Positions 27,327-40,329 of a stretch of DNA of 64,000 nucleotides are shown here, one piece after another. Within the stretch, counting starts at the first letter, position 1; each line of letters starts with the position of its first letter. A program made the translations under genes and the position numbers. Origin of the DNA: Octopus sinensis (Eukaryota); NCBI RefSeq assembly GCF_006345805.1, contig NC_042998.1, forward strand, positions 50,096,001 through 50,160,000. The letters are read 5' to 3'. The notes below the pieces were generated by a model, which was not told the DNA's origin, made no database searches, and saw nothing but the letters and a program-made list of their open reading frames with translations.

Positions 27327-27474
27327 ATATAACAGTATATATATATATATATATATATAGTGTGTGTATACACATACAAACCCATAAATATTTACACACA
27401 CACACATACGCGCATATACACATGCGCACTCTATTCTCAATTTTATTCTTCGCTGGGCTGTTCACGATAGTTGT

Positions 27475-27562
27475 GTGTAGTCCCGCTGAGAATCGAACTA
27501 GGAGTTGACTGTCAATTATGATATAATAAATGCGTATTTATCCACTCTACCACGCAACCCAT
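27475..27562 (-). pseudogene. tRNA-like head of a SINE or tRNA pseudogene
   Basis: Minus strand GGTTGCGTGGTAGAGTGG (A box) ... AGTTCGATTCTC (B box); acceptor stem does not pair well and the central region is too long for a tRNA. Confidence 0.4.
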
Positions 27563-27649
27563 TGTATTGAATTCTATATTAGATAACGTTAGTAGTTTGT
27601 AAAATATATTATTGATATATTTTGCCAGTTACATTACTATAAATATATA

Positions 27650-27704
27650 TGCGCGTGTGCATGTGTGCACGTGTGTGTTTATATACGTATATATATATTA
27701 TACA

Positions 27705-27745
<41 letters not shown>

Positions 27746-27887
27746 GTATACATATATATGTATATATATGTATATATATATATATATATGCATATATATA
27801 TATATGTATATATATATAGCATATATATAATGTATATATATATAGCATAAATATATAATATGCATATATATATGCATACGTACACAC

Positions 27888-27936
<49 letters not shown>

Positions 27937-28150
27937 TACATGCGTACATATATGTAAATATATATATCGAGAAAGAGAGAGAGAGAGAGAGAAAGAGAGA
28001 TACATATGTGTATATACATTTATAGCTTGGTACATGTATATTTTTATATACATATGTACATATGGTCGCGTACGTGCTCGCACACATACACACACACACG
28101 CGCACACACATTCCCTCTCTTTCTCACACAAACACACGCACGCACGCACA
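27650..28150. repeat. compound (TA)n/(CA)n/(GA)n microsatellite
   Basis: Directly visible. Confidence 0.95.
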
Positions 28151-28684
28151 TATATGCACTGCACTGAGATTGCACTGACACAAAGACCCATATACATTGA
28201 AGTAGCTTTGCCAAAGTCACTAAGACCACCTTGTCAAATACTTTCATGTCATATTCTGTATAACAAATCAAACGAAGTGTGCATATATGTCAGACGTAAT
28301 ATTCTCGTAAGCGCATTACTTCTGATCTACAAGCACGAGTTGAAGGTGTACATGTCCTTTTGAGAAGTTACAATGACTAGTGTGTGGAGAAGGAATCTCA
28401 TTGGTGTTTTTTGTTCAGTTTTTCTTAATTGTTTTAGTTTGCTTTTTCTTGTTTTCCGATTCATCAATGACAAATATAGGAATTGATAACTACAAAAATA
28501 GTAGTATGAGCAGGTCAGAGTTCATTGCTCTCATTTCACACTCTCAGACCTGCGTAAAGAGCTGGGAAACTTACCATCTTGGCATTAGGTACTACATGTA
28601 ATATAATGACTAAATGCGAGAACCTCTACGTGGTCGCTCAAAATCCTAGAAATAACAGTAAAAATCTCCTATAGATACACAATA

Positions 28685-29058
28685 TTCTTTTCTACTCCAG
28701 GCACAAGGCGCGAAATTTTGGGGGATGTGGCTAGTCGATTATATCAACCCCAGTACGCAACTGGTACTTAATTTATCAATCCCGAAAAGATGAAAAGCAA
28801 AGTCGACCTCGGCGGAATTTGAACTCAGAACGTAAAGACAGACGAAATACCTATTTCTTTACTACCCACAAGGGGCTAAACAAAACAAGGACAGACAAAC
28901 GGATTAAGTCGATTATATCGACCCCAGTGCGGAACTGGTACTTATTTAATCGACCCCGAAAGGATGAAAGGCAAAGTCGACCTCGGCGGAATTTGAACTC
29001 AGAACGTAACGGCAGACGAAATACCGCTAAGCATTTCGCCCGGCATGCTCGCTGCCTT
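28685..29058 (-). mobile_element. SINE family A head-to-tail dimer
   Basis: Two cores in tandem; junction at 28851/28852, minus strand AAAGAAATA|GGTATTTCGTC. Confidence 0.85.
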
Positions 29059-29725
29059 AATAGATACACAATATTCTCTTAAACCTTTCACTGCGAAATT
29101 AAATTTCGTTGTTATTCCAGTAATGATCTTAAATATCTACCAAATAATAATAATAATAATAATAATAATATAATAATAATAATATAATAATAATGATAAT
29201 AAATAAGTAAATAAAATTGATACTTTCTGCAAGTGACGTTGCTATTTTCTGTTGAGATGCGTCAAGAATCTCAATAGAAAATAGCTTCAAATATGACATT
29301 TCTCAACAAAAGATAGATTGGTATATCAAGGTGCTTTCCGCAGCTAAGAGGAAGGAAATTTTTAGTGGATATACCTATTTTCGACAGTAAAAGGATTAAA
29401 GAAGGAAAGACAACGTTTGACAATGTAGTTCTGCATGTTCGTTATAAGACAAGATGACATGACTAGAATGCACTTTATCGAGGTTTGCTACACGAAGACA
29501 TCTGAGAAGTTGCGAGCTTTGACTCATGCTCTGCTGTGAATAATTGGGAGAGTCAGTACATTGTTGGTCGTGTTACAAGAAACAGCACAAGAGTTTCCAG
29601 AAAATGGAGCCCTACCACGTTAGGGTAAAGGAGAATACACTGAATAATGTAATTAGAAATATAAAGCCAAGATCATCCTAGCTGAAATGCTTTTGTTCAT
29701 AGCTTGATATACTGTATTCGGGACA

Positions 29726-29910
29726 TCTATTATATAAAATCCGTTCTGTCTGTCTGTCTGTGTGTATGTGTTCTAGGATCTCGGGCATCCTCCATCCGAT
29801 TGCGCTCAAATTTGATATGTAGATACCGACGGTTTCAGGGCGTATATAACTCTTGAAAAAATTATAAAAATCGATTCCAAGTGAGAATGCGATCGATAAA
29901 GATATTCTTT
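29726..29910 (+). mobile_element. Helitron 5' fragment
   Basis: A|TCTATTATATAAAA start (5' TC after A), (TCTG)n tract and CCGATTGCGCTCAAATTTG motif; no CTAG end found. Confidence 0.55.
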
Positions 29911-30553
29911 GGAATAGAAAAAAGTCTATCTTTATTTCTTCTTTTGCTGGTGTCTCAAATTTAGGTTAAATCAGTGGTTCTCAAAGGGGAGGCCTATGGG
30001 ACGGTCGGACAAGTTGTTTTGAGAAAATTTTGTTTAAATGTTTGACAACTCAGCACCGTCCATTGGACGGGGGGGGGGCGTTTTGCTCGTCCTGAGTATA
30101 AACAAAATCAACTGCAACAGTAACAGCTTACTATTATATTTATACCTTAATGTATATTAATTCTCAAGTAAAATTCATTACAATATCTAAGTCACGCAGA
30201 AAGCTGACTGTTATTAAAGATGCTTGATCAAACCATATACTTGGCTAGAACTCACTTGATAGTCAAATGACTGGTATCGTAAATAGCTGGTGGGCAGTGA
30301 AAGCGAAATTTGTCAAAGCATGCGGTTGATATTGGATATTTGCTACTGATGACACGCAATTACACGGAAATCCGGATATAGTAATTACACCGCCGCTGCT
30401 AGACGCTTTCCTTTTTCTGCTACTGATACGCTTTTATCCGTTTTAGCAGTATATGTCTGTAAGAAACACCTTCGCAAAAGGAATACCACAGTGTTGTGGT
30501 CTTCTACAGCATATCCACGTTAAATGAGATCCATAGAACGATTATATACATAC

Positions 30554-30592
<39 letters not shown>

Positions 30593-31494
30593 CTCAAAAT
30601 AAGCAACAAGGATATCCAAAGGTTGTGCAGTACAATCGTTTCATGCTACTTCATCTAATTAAACAATGTAAGTATTACATTAGTTTTAAGATGTAGAGCA
30701 GTCTTCAGCCACAAATGGAATTTTTAAATTAAATTGACAATGTTCATATTTATACTTATTCCATTTGCCAACATTACAGGTATATAGACAGAGAGGTGAG
30801 TTTCATCAGTAAAAACTTGGTAGTAAAAGATCTTTACTCATGGGTAAATTTCTTATTGTTGAATTTACTTTGTTATTTAGATTTACCATTGGGGAGTGGG
30901 GTTTCTATTAAGCTCAGTGGAGACAATCAAGAATATATCTATATATAGATAGAGGAAGGGGCAGTTTTCGGTGTCGATAAATTAAGTACCAGTTACGAAC
31001 TAGAGTCGATCTAATCAACCAAATTTTGGGGCCTTGTGCCTAGAGTAGAAAAGATTATTAGCTCAAATCTGTTTATTGCAGACATCATAATACTTCCACC
31101 AAGATGTAACAAAATCAATTTCAACACGTAATTTCACATTAAAAATCATGTGACCAGAATCTAAAAACGAAACATGAATACAATATTTTCTCGTAAAGAA
31201 ATATATATTACAATAATATATTTTCATGTATCTCTACACTAAATATGAACATTTTAACCTCCAAGAAATTACATTCGCGAGTTGTACCTGAGCCAAATTT
31301 ACTCAAGTGACTCAAAGCATTATTGATTGATGTCAATACAATGTTTTCTTCATAATGTTCTCTCTCTGTCTGTCCGTTTGTCTGCTCACCCCCTCTCTCT
31401 CTCATTGATTGATTGATTCAATATAAATAATGTTTTCTTAATAATGGTCTCTCTCCGTCTCTGTCTGTCTGTCTGTCTTTCTGTCTCTCTCTTT

Positions 31495-31526
<32 letters not shown>

Positions 31527-32271
31527 AGAAGTTCAGGTAAATTTTCAAATTACCATTAACAATTTTGGCAATAAACACACACACACAAATGCATATACAT
31601 ATCCACATACACATACACACATGCATACACACAAACGTACACACACATACCTACACATACATGCATTCACACACACACACATGCACATACACACATGCAT
31701 ACACACAAATATACACATGTACATACACATACACACATACATACACACAAACATACACACATACCTACACATACATGCACTCACACACACAATAAATTTT
31801 AAGGCCAGTATTTTAAATTTACACCACTCCGGCTATTAATCCTTATCATGTGATTGGTTTTTACAAGTTCGAGCGTCTCTGATCAAAGTAGAGATATAAA
31901 TGCGATAAAGGTGAGATGTCCAACGGCCTCTGGGTAATGGAAATGAATGGCGAGGTATGGTGGTGGGGGATGAGAAGCAATGAATAAAGATTAGCTTTCT
32001 GTTTAAATACGCACCCTATAAATTTAGTCAAGATAACGCCAGACAGGCAAAATAATGTTTTAGCTGTAAACTGTAGTTACAGCAAAGATATATGTCAAAT
32101 GATATGAGTTCGACAACGAAGGTACTTTTAAGTGGTCGTTCGTGTTGTTACAATTAACCACAACAACATATTAGTTAGAGCCAGGTCAGACGATATAATC
32201 ATTCCATCCATGATAATTCGTCGCGATTTTTAAAAATTATTATTTGTTTTATAATGGTGAGTGACATTTTG

Positions 32272-32935
32272 ATTTTAAATTTTGGCACAAAGCTAGCAAT
32301 TCCGAGGGAGGAGTTAAGTCAATCACATCGACTCCAATGCTCAATTGGTACTTATTTTGTTGACCTCGAAAGGATGAAAGGTAAAGTAGGCTTCGGCGGG
32401 ATTTGAACTCAGAACGTAAAGCGGACGAAGTGCTGCCTAACATTTTTCTCGGCGTGCTAACGATTCAACCAGCTCGCAGCGTTAATGGTGACATACATTT
32501 TAAACACAAATAACTGAGACAGGAACAAGTAAATTTATTCTTTTCTATTCTAGGCACAAGGCCTGAAATTTTGGGGGAAGGACCAGGAGATTAGATCGAC
32601 CCCAGGACGCAACTGGTACTTAATTTATCGACCTCGAAAGGATGAAAGGCAAAGTCGAACTCGGCGGAATTTGAACTCAGAACATAAAGACAGACGAAAT
32701 ACCGCTAAGCATTTTGCTCAGTGTGCTAACGTTTCTTATTTCTTTGTTGTCCACAAGGGGCTAAAGATAGAGGGGACGAACAAGGACAAAGAGATTAAGT
32801 CGATTACATCGACTCCAGTGTGTAACTGGTACTTAATTTATCGACCCGGAAAGGATGAAAGGCAAAGTCAACCTCGGCGGAATTTGAACTCAGAACGTAA
32901 CGGCAGACGAAATACGGCTTCCAGCTCGCCGCCTT
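32272..32935 (-). mobile_element. SINE family A cluster: monomer 32272-32483 and dimer 32536-32935
   Basis: Three copies of the core ACTGGTACTTA...TCGAC...GAAAGGATGAAAGG...GGCGG.ATTTGAACTCAGAAC; dimer junction near 32736. Confidence 0.85.
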
Positions 32936-32944
32936 GAAACAAGT

Positions 32945-33146
32945 ACAGCGATGTTATCCAAAGGAAAGGCAAAGGCCGATACAGCTTGGCACCAGTGACG
33001 CCACAAACCATTTCTAGAGCTGAGTGAATTGGAGCAACGTGAAATAAAACGTCTTACTCAAGAACACAACACACAGCCCGGTCCAGGAATCGAACTCATT
33101 ACTTCATAAGTGAGCCTGACGCTCTAACCACTGAGCCATGTACCTT
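32945..33146 (-). mobile_element. tRNA-derived SINE family C (related diverged piece at about 61020-61165)
   Basis: Minus strand CATGGCTCAGTGGTTAGAGCGTC (A box), GAGTTCGATTCC (B box), then GTGTTGTGTTCTTGAGTAAGAC, resembling the V/Meta-type SINE core (from memory). Confidence 0.75.
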
Positions 33147-33829
33147 CCCTTGATGATGTAGAATAATCTAAAATCAAGTGTTAAAAGGTTGAAAGGTAAG
33201 CGTCTTAAATGACACATGAGGAAGATGATGATCCTAATGATGATGATAACGAATCTTGATGATCAGGATCATGCTGATGTTGACGACGGCGGTGAAGGTG
33301 ACGACAGGGGCGAGAATTATAATGATAGGGACGATGACTAAGATAATGATTTTCGATATAGGCAAAGGGCCAGCAATTGTTAGAGGAGACAGTAAATCAA
33401 TACCATCAACCCCTGTACCTGACTAGAAACCCGCAAGGGATGAATAGCAAACTTGCCCTCGTCCCGATTTTGAACTCTCAACGGGAAGAACCGGAAAACG
33501 ATGGCGAAGGTAACATCTATGAAGGATGATTATGGTGATGGTGATGGGCGTGGGTAATGGATGTGGTTGATGCGTATCTCTCTTTTTCAATATCATGGTG
33601 ACCATATTCCCACTTCAAGAAGACTTTCGACGCCACCTTTAAGATGAAGTTGTTTACAATTCTTAGACAATCTTGTTTGCTTCTATAAATGCAAGATAAT
33701 ACGATTGTGTGCGAGATTTTCTTTTTCGGAAATTTTCCGTTTCCATTTTTGATATATGTATAAACATAAAAACTCACCCCAAAATAGATATACATATTTA
33801 CCGACACATACACAACATATACATATGTA

Positions 33830-34339
33830 CGTATATATATATATGTATGTATATTTAAATACAGATGCACAATAGTGTGCGTATATATATATATATATAT
33901 ATTATGTACTACTATATATATATATGTATGTATATATAAATACAATGCACAATACGTTGTGCGGGTATATATATATAATATATATATATTATATTATAAA
34001 TATATAGTATTTATATAATACTATATATATAGGTATATAATATAGATTATATGTATGTATGTATGTATGTATATATATATATTTACACACATGCATAAAT
34101 GCAGAAGGTTGGTTATGTATATATATATATGTATGACTGCATGAGTATATATTTATGTACACGTAATAAATATATAAATATGTATATGTTTATATATATA
34201 TTATATATATATATATCTATATATGTGTGTGTGTTGTGTGTGTGTGTGTGTGTGTGTGATATATATACATATATATACATATATATATTAAATACATACA
34301 TATATACATATATTTACATACATACACACACACACATAC

Positions 34340-34377
<38 letters not shown>

Positions 34378-34380
34378 GCA
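33830..34380. repeat. (TA)n-dominated compound microsatellite
   Basis: Directly visible. Confidence 0.95.
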
Positions 34381-35224
34381 TCCATACATTCACATGTTTG
34401 TGTGTTTCTTGTTATTATTGATCTATCTATCCATTTATTTTTCCTTTTATATTTTTTTTCTTTCTTCCTTCACATCTGACTGCATTTGCAACGAAAACTG
34501 CAACAAATCCAGCATGCATTCTCAGAACGCTAGCACATCATCATAAACTATGATTTCCTCAATTCTCTTTTTCTGTTTTATCGCGTTGCTCGCACTAAAG
34601 AAATACTTGCTCACATTTCACACTCGGATGCATATATTCGGAAAAACATCCTTTCAATATAGTGTAAAATAGAATGATATACAATTATTTACTGCTTATA
34701 TATCTGTCTAATAGATTCAGGATCCGTAACTTACCAATCACTCTGGGACAGATGGTGTTGTCAGAGAGATATTAAGATATTGTTTTACGGGTTTATGTAT
34801 ACATTACATGTGTGTATATTTATGTACGTGTGTGTTTATATGTGTGAGTATATGCATGTATATGTGTATGTGTGTGTATATGTGTGTGTATGTGTGTGTA
34901 TCAATCTAGCTCGCACCTTAGCTATATCTACCTATCTATCTATGTATCTATCTATCTATACACACACATAAATACACGCCTATACACACACATAAATACA
35001 CGCCTATACACACACACATATGCATACACATATAAATACACGCTTACATATATGTGTGTGTGTGTGTGATACACGTTTTATTTAGAATATATATATATAT
35101 ATACATACATATATATGTGTGTGTGTGTATGTGTATATATATATGTATATACATACATATATATATACATATATATATATATATACATATTTTGATTATT
35201 TTGATTTTGAGTATATATATATAT

Positions 35225-35269
<45 letters not shown>

Positions 35270-35279
35270 ATATATATAT

Positions 35280-35310
<31 letters not shown>

Positions 35311-35668
35311 CATTCCACAAGTATACACTTGTACACACACAACCGTCACCAGCCCCGTTACCCAGCACACCTATTGCCACTGACACAAACTGTTGGATTA
35401 CGTTTCTCACTTAAGAAGGAAACTTCTACTTCGATGTTCTCATCTTGTTATTTTTCTTTGTTTTTATTACGTTTTACCTGTTAATCATTTTTCTTTTTTC
35501 CTTTTTTTGTACTTTTTTTTGTTGGCATATCTAAGATTTAGAAATTATGAATGCGCATGGAAATCTTGAACGAACCAAAGTATATAGATTTGAAAAAAAA
35601 AGCAGAAAGAATATTCATGTATACAGGTGAACACCCATGTGCACACACATGAACACACACGCACACAC

Positions 35669-35717
<49 letters not shown>

Positions 35718-35831
35718 TTATCATACAATCTTTAAGTAACTGTTCAGAAACATCACTCATAGCTGAATATTGCCAAACATAGCAACAATGATTTTGATAT
35801 TTATTTTGTTATTTAAATTTAAATTTCTTCT

Positions 35832-35863
<32 letters not shown>

Positions 35864-35896
35864 TTCTTATTATTATTATTCTTATTATTATTATAT

Positions 35897-36278
35897 AAGG
35901 TGGCGAGCTGGCAGAAACGTTAGCACGCTGAGCGAAATGCTTAGTAGTATTTCGTCTACCGTTACGTTCTGAGTTCAAATTCCGCCGAGGTCGACTTTGC
36001 CTTTCATCCTTTCGGGGTCGATTAAATAAGTACCAGTTACGCACTGGGGTCGATATGATCGACTTAATCCGTTTGTCTGTCCTTGTTTGTCCTCTCTGTG
36101 TTTACCCCCTTGTGGGTAGTAAAGAAATAGGTATTTCGCCCGGTGCTACGTTCTGATTTCAAATTCCGCCTAGGTGGACTTTACCTTTCATCCTCTCGGG
36201 GGTCAATGTAATTGACACATCCTCATCCCCAAAAATGGCTGCCCTTGTAGCAAAAGTTGAAACCATTATTATTATGAT

Positions 36279-36314
<36 letters not shown>

Positions 36315-36510
36315 GTAAGGTGCCGCACCGGGCGAAATGCTTAGCAGCGTTCCGTCTGTCTTTACGTTCTGAATTCAAATGCCACCGAAGTCGACTCTGC
36401 TTTTCAACCTTTCGGAGTCGATAAATTAAGTACCAGTTGTGTACTGTGGTCAAGATAATCGACTTATACCCTCTCCATAAATTTCAGGCGTTGTGCCTTT
36501 AGTATAAAGG
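35897..36510 (+). mobile_element. SINE family A cluster: dimer 35897-36264 and monomer 36317-36510
   Basis: Dimer junction AAAGAAATA|GGTATTTCG at 36129/36130; monomer follows a (TAC)n tract. Confidence 0.85.
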
Positions 36511-36540
36511 ATGATTACTATTATGATTATTATTATTATT

Positions 36541-37045
36541 GAGAGAGCAGCGCATTCCACCAAAGTGACTCTGGACTACAATTATACGAAGCCCAATATA
36601 CCCATCATGACTACACGTCTGATAAGGGTACAGCAGGTAAATGCATCACAACCACATGTGCGCAACACGACGATCTCATATCAAGATAAACAGCGCATGA
36701 ACTTGCCGGTGGGGTCCTGTTAGAATTTTCTCCGGGTTAAGTAGTTCATCCTGCTTAAAAGGTCTCTGAATAAGGGTTAAGGATGTTGAATGAAACAACC
36801 ATGTTTCCAGAGGTGAATTACTCAAACCCCAAGGAATTTTTTCACAACACATGGTCACAATGCTCACCCCACTGCTCTTGCTCGTGATCAGAGAAGCACA
36901 TATTGTCAGCCGCAAAGAGACATGCTCAACTGGTTCAGGTCAAAAAATTGACAAACGAGTCTTTGGTACTGGGCATTATATTTGTTGTAGCTTACCTTTT
37001 ACACTAAAACGCTGCGGTGTCGAACTGAATATTTGCTGTAGCCCT
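36541..37045. mobile_element. second copy of the unclassified ~500-bp (TAA)n-associated repeat
   Basis: Collinear with 26115-26618; starts directly after the (ATT)n tail of a family A SINE; truncated near 37045. Confidence 0.75.
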
Positions 37046-37049
37046 ATAA

Positions 37050-37421
37050 TTAGCTCCCTCTTAGTGAAGGCGGAGGTATGGTTCTACAGTCATGTATGTT
37101 TGTTTGTTTGTCCGTGGACAACGTATGTCAAGAACTACTGGATTGATTCGGATGAAACATTCAGAGATGTTTGGCCTCGTGACTGGCACGAACTGATTAG
37201 ATTTTGGCATCGATCCGGTGCCAGATAAGGATTCTGGATTATTTTTCCTGTTTTCCTGACTTAATTTTGGAGAGCTATCGGGTTCATTTTTAGTATTCTT
37301 GTTTGTGAGAGCAGTCGAGTTTATTTCAGATATTCACATTTTAGAAATCATCTCTGGCTAATCGTCCAGAGGAAGTTGGCGTTGCCTTGGCCGAGGTTTG
37401 CGTTCTCTGACAGCTCTTGTT
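37050..37421 (+). mobile_element. Helentron/HINE (DINE-1-like) non-autonomous element
   Basis: 5' degenerate palindrome CTCCCTC..GGCGGAGGT, (TTTG)n tract, GATGAAAC motif, and 3' subterminal GGCCGAGGT followed by GCGTTCTCTGACAGC and CTTGTT. Confidence 0.5.
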
Positions 37422-37609
37422 ATTTTTGTATTTGCATTTCATCATTCAGGTTGTGATTAGATAAAATACCAGCCAAAGTGCTGAATATTGATGTACTCTT
37501 AATTTTAAAGGCTTGTGTTAGATACAATTATTATAACTATGAATGCTAGTTTTGTTACACATACACACACACAGACACATACACACTCACACTCACATAA
37601 TTAGAAAGA

Positions 37610-37765
37610 ACAATAACGAACAAGAGGACATGCTCATGGAATGTATTAGTTTGAGAGAGTTATTGACGTTTCGAGCATAACTCTTCGTCGGAAATGAAGA
37701 TGGGAAATGTGAAAAGTCAAAAGAAAGGGGGAAATCACCAACAGCACGCGTGTAGTTATACACAC
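37610..37765 (-). mobile_element. Penelope-like pseudo-LTR fragment with minimal hammerhead variant
   Basis: Minus strand ATTT-CCGACGA-A-GAGT tat GCTC-GAA-ACGT-C-AATA (37661-37695); similar to the 56695-56880 element. Confidence 0.55.
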
Positions 37766-37952
37766 ACATACGCTCACGCATATATACACATACATACATA
37801 TGAATATATGTGCATATATATGTAGGTATGCATAAACAATGAAAGTAGTCACGATTTGATCACTGTGTGCAGTGCTTGGTAGGTTTCATTCCGGTGAATA
37901 TTAAACGATGAAGTTGTTATGTAAAAGTATATTTTTGTGCATGTGTGTGTAC

Positions 37953-38042
<90 letters not shown>

Positions 38043-38353
38043 TTGTATACGCATGTACGTATGTAAAATCTATAAATTTTGAAGCTATCCTTCACAAGTA
38101 GCGACATAAGTTATAAAACGCATAAATAAAAATAGGTGACTTCAGCCGGATGAATAATAATTATAAAGGTGGAAACATTTTTATTGTTTGAGCACATGTA
38201 ACATTGGCTAATAGATAAAGCGTGAGGTAGATAAATAGACAGGTAGATAGATAGATAGAAAAAGAGAGAGTGTGTGTGTGAGAGAGAAAGAGCGAGTGTA
38301 GGGCGAAGAAGATGGAGAGAGATATAGTGTGAGGTAGAATGTTAGAGGATAGT

Positions 38354-38399
<46 letters not shown>

Positions 38400-38408
38400 T
38401 GGAGAGAG

Positions 38409-38448
<40 letters not shown>

Positions 38449-38641
38449 GAAGGCGAATAGTTTATTGCGCTGTGGTCTTGAAATACTACTATAAGTGGAG
38501 GTGACGTAAGAAACACCGAAAAATAAACATTATATTGATATTCAAAAATTCACACGCGCGCACGTACACAGACACACACACAGACACACGCACGGACACA
38601 TATATTTTAAATATAACAGTTTGGGTATGAAATACAAAATA

Positions 38642-38681
<40 letters not shown>

Positions 38682-39129
38682 TATATATATATATCTATAC
38701 ATGGAAAACGAGTGAACGCGAAAAGTGAAAACTTCCAGACGGTGGATATTTAAGTATAAATACATAGACAGTTATATTAATACATCCAAACGACAGAGAA
38801 GATTAAGGGGGGGGGGAAGAATGGTGTTATAAGTCCAACAGCTGTTTCTGGGGTTCGGAGACCATAATGTTGGCTGATGTAGTTCATCATAATATGCGGC
38901 AGTAATGGAAGCAATCAACATTGGATAAAACGACCCTCCGTCATCAGGGTAGAGATCTTACTTTTCAGATCATAATGCACAGATGTTCAAAGGCGGAATG
39001 ATTAAATATGGAGAGCTAGTCGTATCCGAAAACCCCACAGTCCTTCCTACCTCCTACTATATAACTTCTTAGATGTTTTCTCCCATATGAGCAAAGCCAT
39101 TGCTAGAGAGAATCACTGAAATGAGCGAT

Positions 39130-39240
39130 TGCTGATGCAAGTAGAGCCCTTGTATGACTCTTGAACCCGGCGAAGGATTTCCACATTCTATCACATAATG
39201 CACAACTGTGCTGGTTGGCAGAAGGAACGGGTACCACAGT
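39130..39240 (-). mobile_element. possible RTE-type LINE C-terminal C2H2-like remnant
   Basis: VPVPSANQHSCALCDRMWKSFAGFKSHTRA resembles the C.C.R.CKS..GL.SH.R.H end of RTE ORFs; second His missing. Confidence 0.35.
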
Positions 39241-39655
39241 ATAAACTCTTTTGACATACGTTTTCGACCCTCCAAATGTAAGGCACACGATTAGTATATA
39301 GATATAAATTATCCACGCTAACAATATCAAGTGGTAAGAAATCCCATGGATTGCTTAGGGTGAACAATCCCACTATAGTACTCTTCATGGGTAAAGATGC
39401 AAGAATGTAAGTATGTATTTCACAACAAGACTTGTGATTTTTGTTATAACATTGTCTCTTACTCGATCGAGTGCTAGTCTATTTCTTAAAGCGTTACTAC
39501 GTAATTTATTACTACCGTAATGGAGTGAGCATTGCAGATTCTTTTATTCTTCGTTGTATATATATATATATATATATATAGTATATATATTATAGGCATA
39601 TATATATGCATACACACACAACCCCCACACAACACACACACACACACACCACACA

Positions 39656-39686
<31 letters not shown>

Positions 39687-40156
39687 ATATATAATGTACA
39701 GCAATAAGAAAATAGAGGGGATCAAGAGGTGGTATTCATCAACTTTTAGACATTATATTATGTCTTGTTATTCAAAAAAAACATTACAACGATATACATA
39801 TATGTATAACATATTGTGCTTTACATACATAATATATAAAAATACCACTAATTATTAAAATATGTAACGTAGGGCAGAGGAAGGATATATATGTATGAAG
39901 GGCTTTCACATAGTTTCCCTGTACCAGATTCACTCTCAAGACATTATTCGACCGGGCGCTATAGCAAAAAACATTCGCCCGTGTTTTCACATCGTGGAAC
40001 TGAACGCGAGACCACTAGGTTGCAAAAGCGATATTCGTAACCTTTCAGCTCTATATCAAAAAACAAAAAAAAATGAAAATTTAAATTTAAAAAATTGAAG
40101 TCCAGACATCGGAGAATATTAGGGTAAACTTTACAGACGATTCGTTGTTTTTACAG

Positions 40157-40232
40157 AAGCTGATGAAATAGCTATATCGAGTTTTGGCATGTCATCATTA
40201 GATGCCAAATACCCGTCTTCGTTTGCAGAAAT
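40157..40232 (+). CDS. candidate internal exon (unverified)
   Basis: Acceptor TTCGTTGTTTTTACAG, donor AAT|GTAATC; only one open frame, (E)ADEIAISSFGMSSLDAKYPSSFAE. No recognisable homology. Confidence 0.2.
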
Positions 40233-40329
40233 GTAATCAATCTACCTTAATTGCACAGATATAACAGCATCGTGATGCAGGCAATTTGTGCAATACGATG
40301 TAACGAGTCACGTGATCATGAAGCTTGTA

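Noticed and set aside
29971-29990. CAGTGGTTCTCAAA, a hAT/Charlie-like terminus
   Set aside because: No matching opposite terminus or TSD found.
33590-33690. Minus-strand segment SKQDCLRIVNNFILK behind an acceptor-like site
   Set aside because: Donor is poor and no homology recognised.
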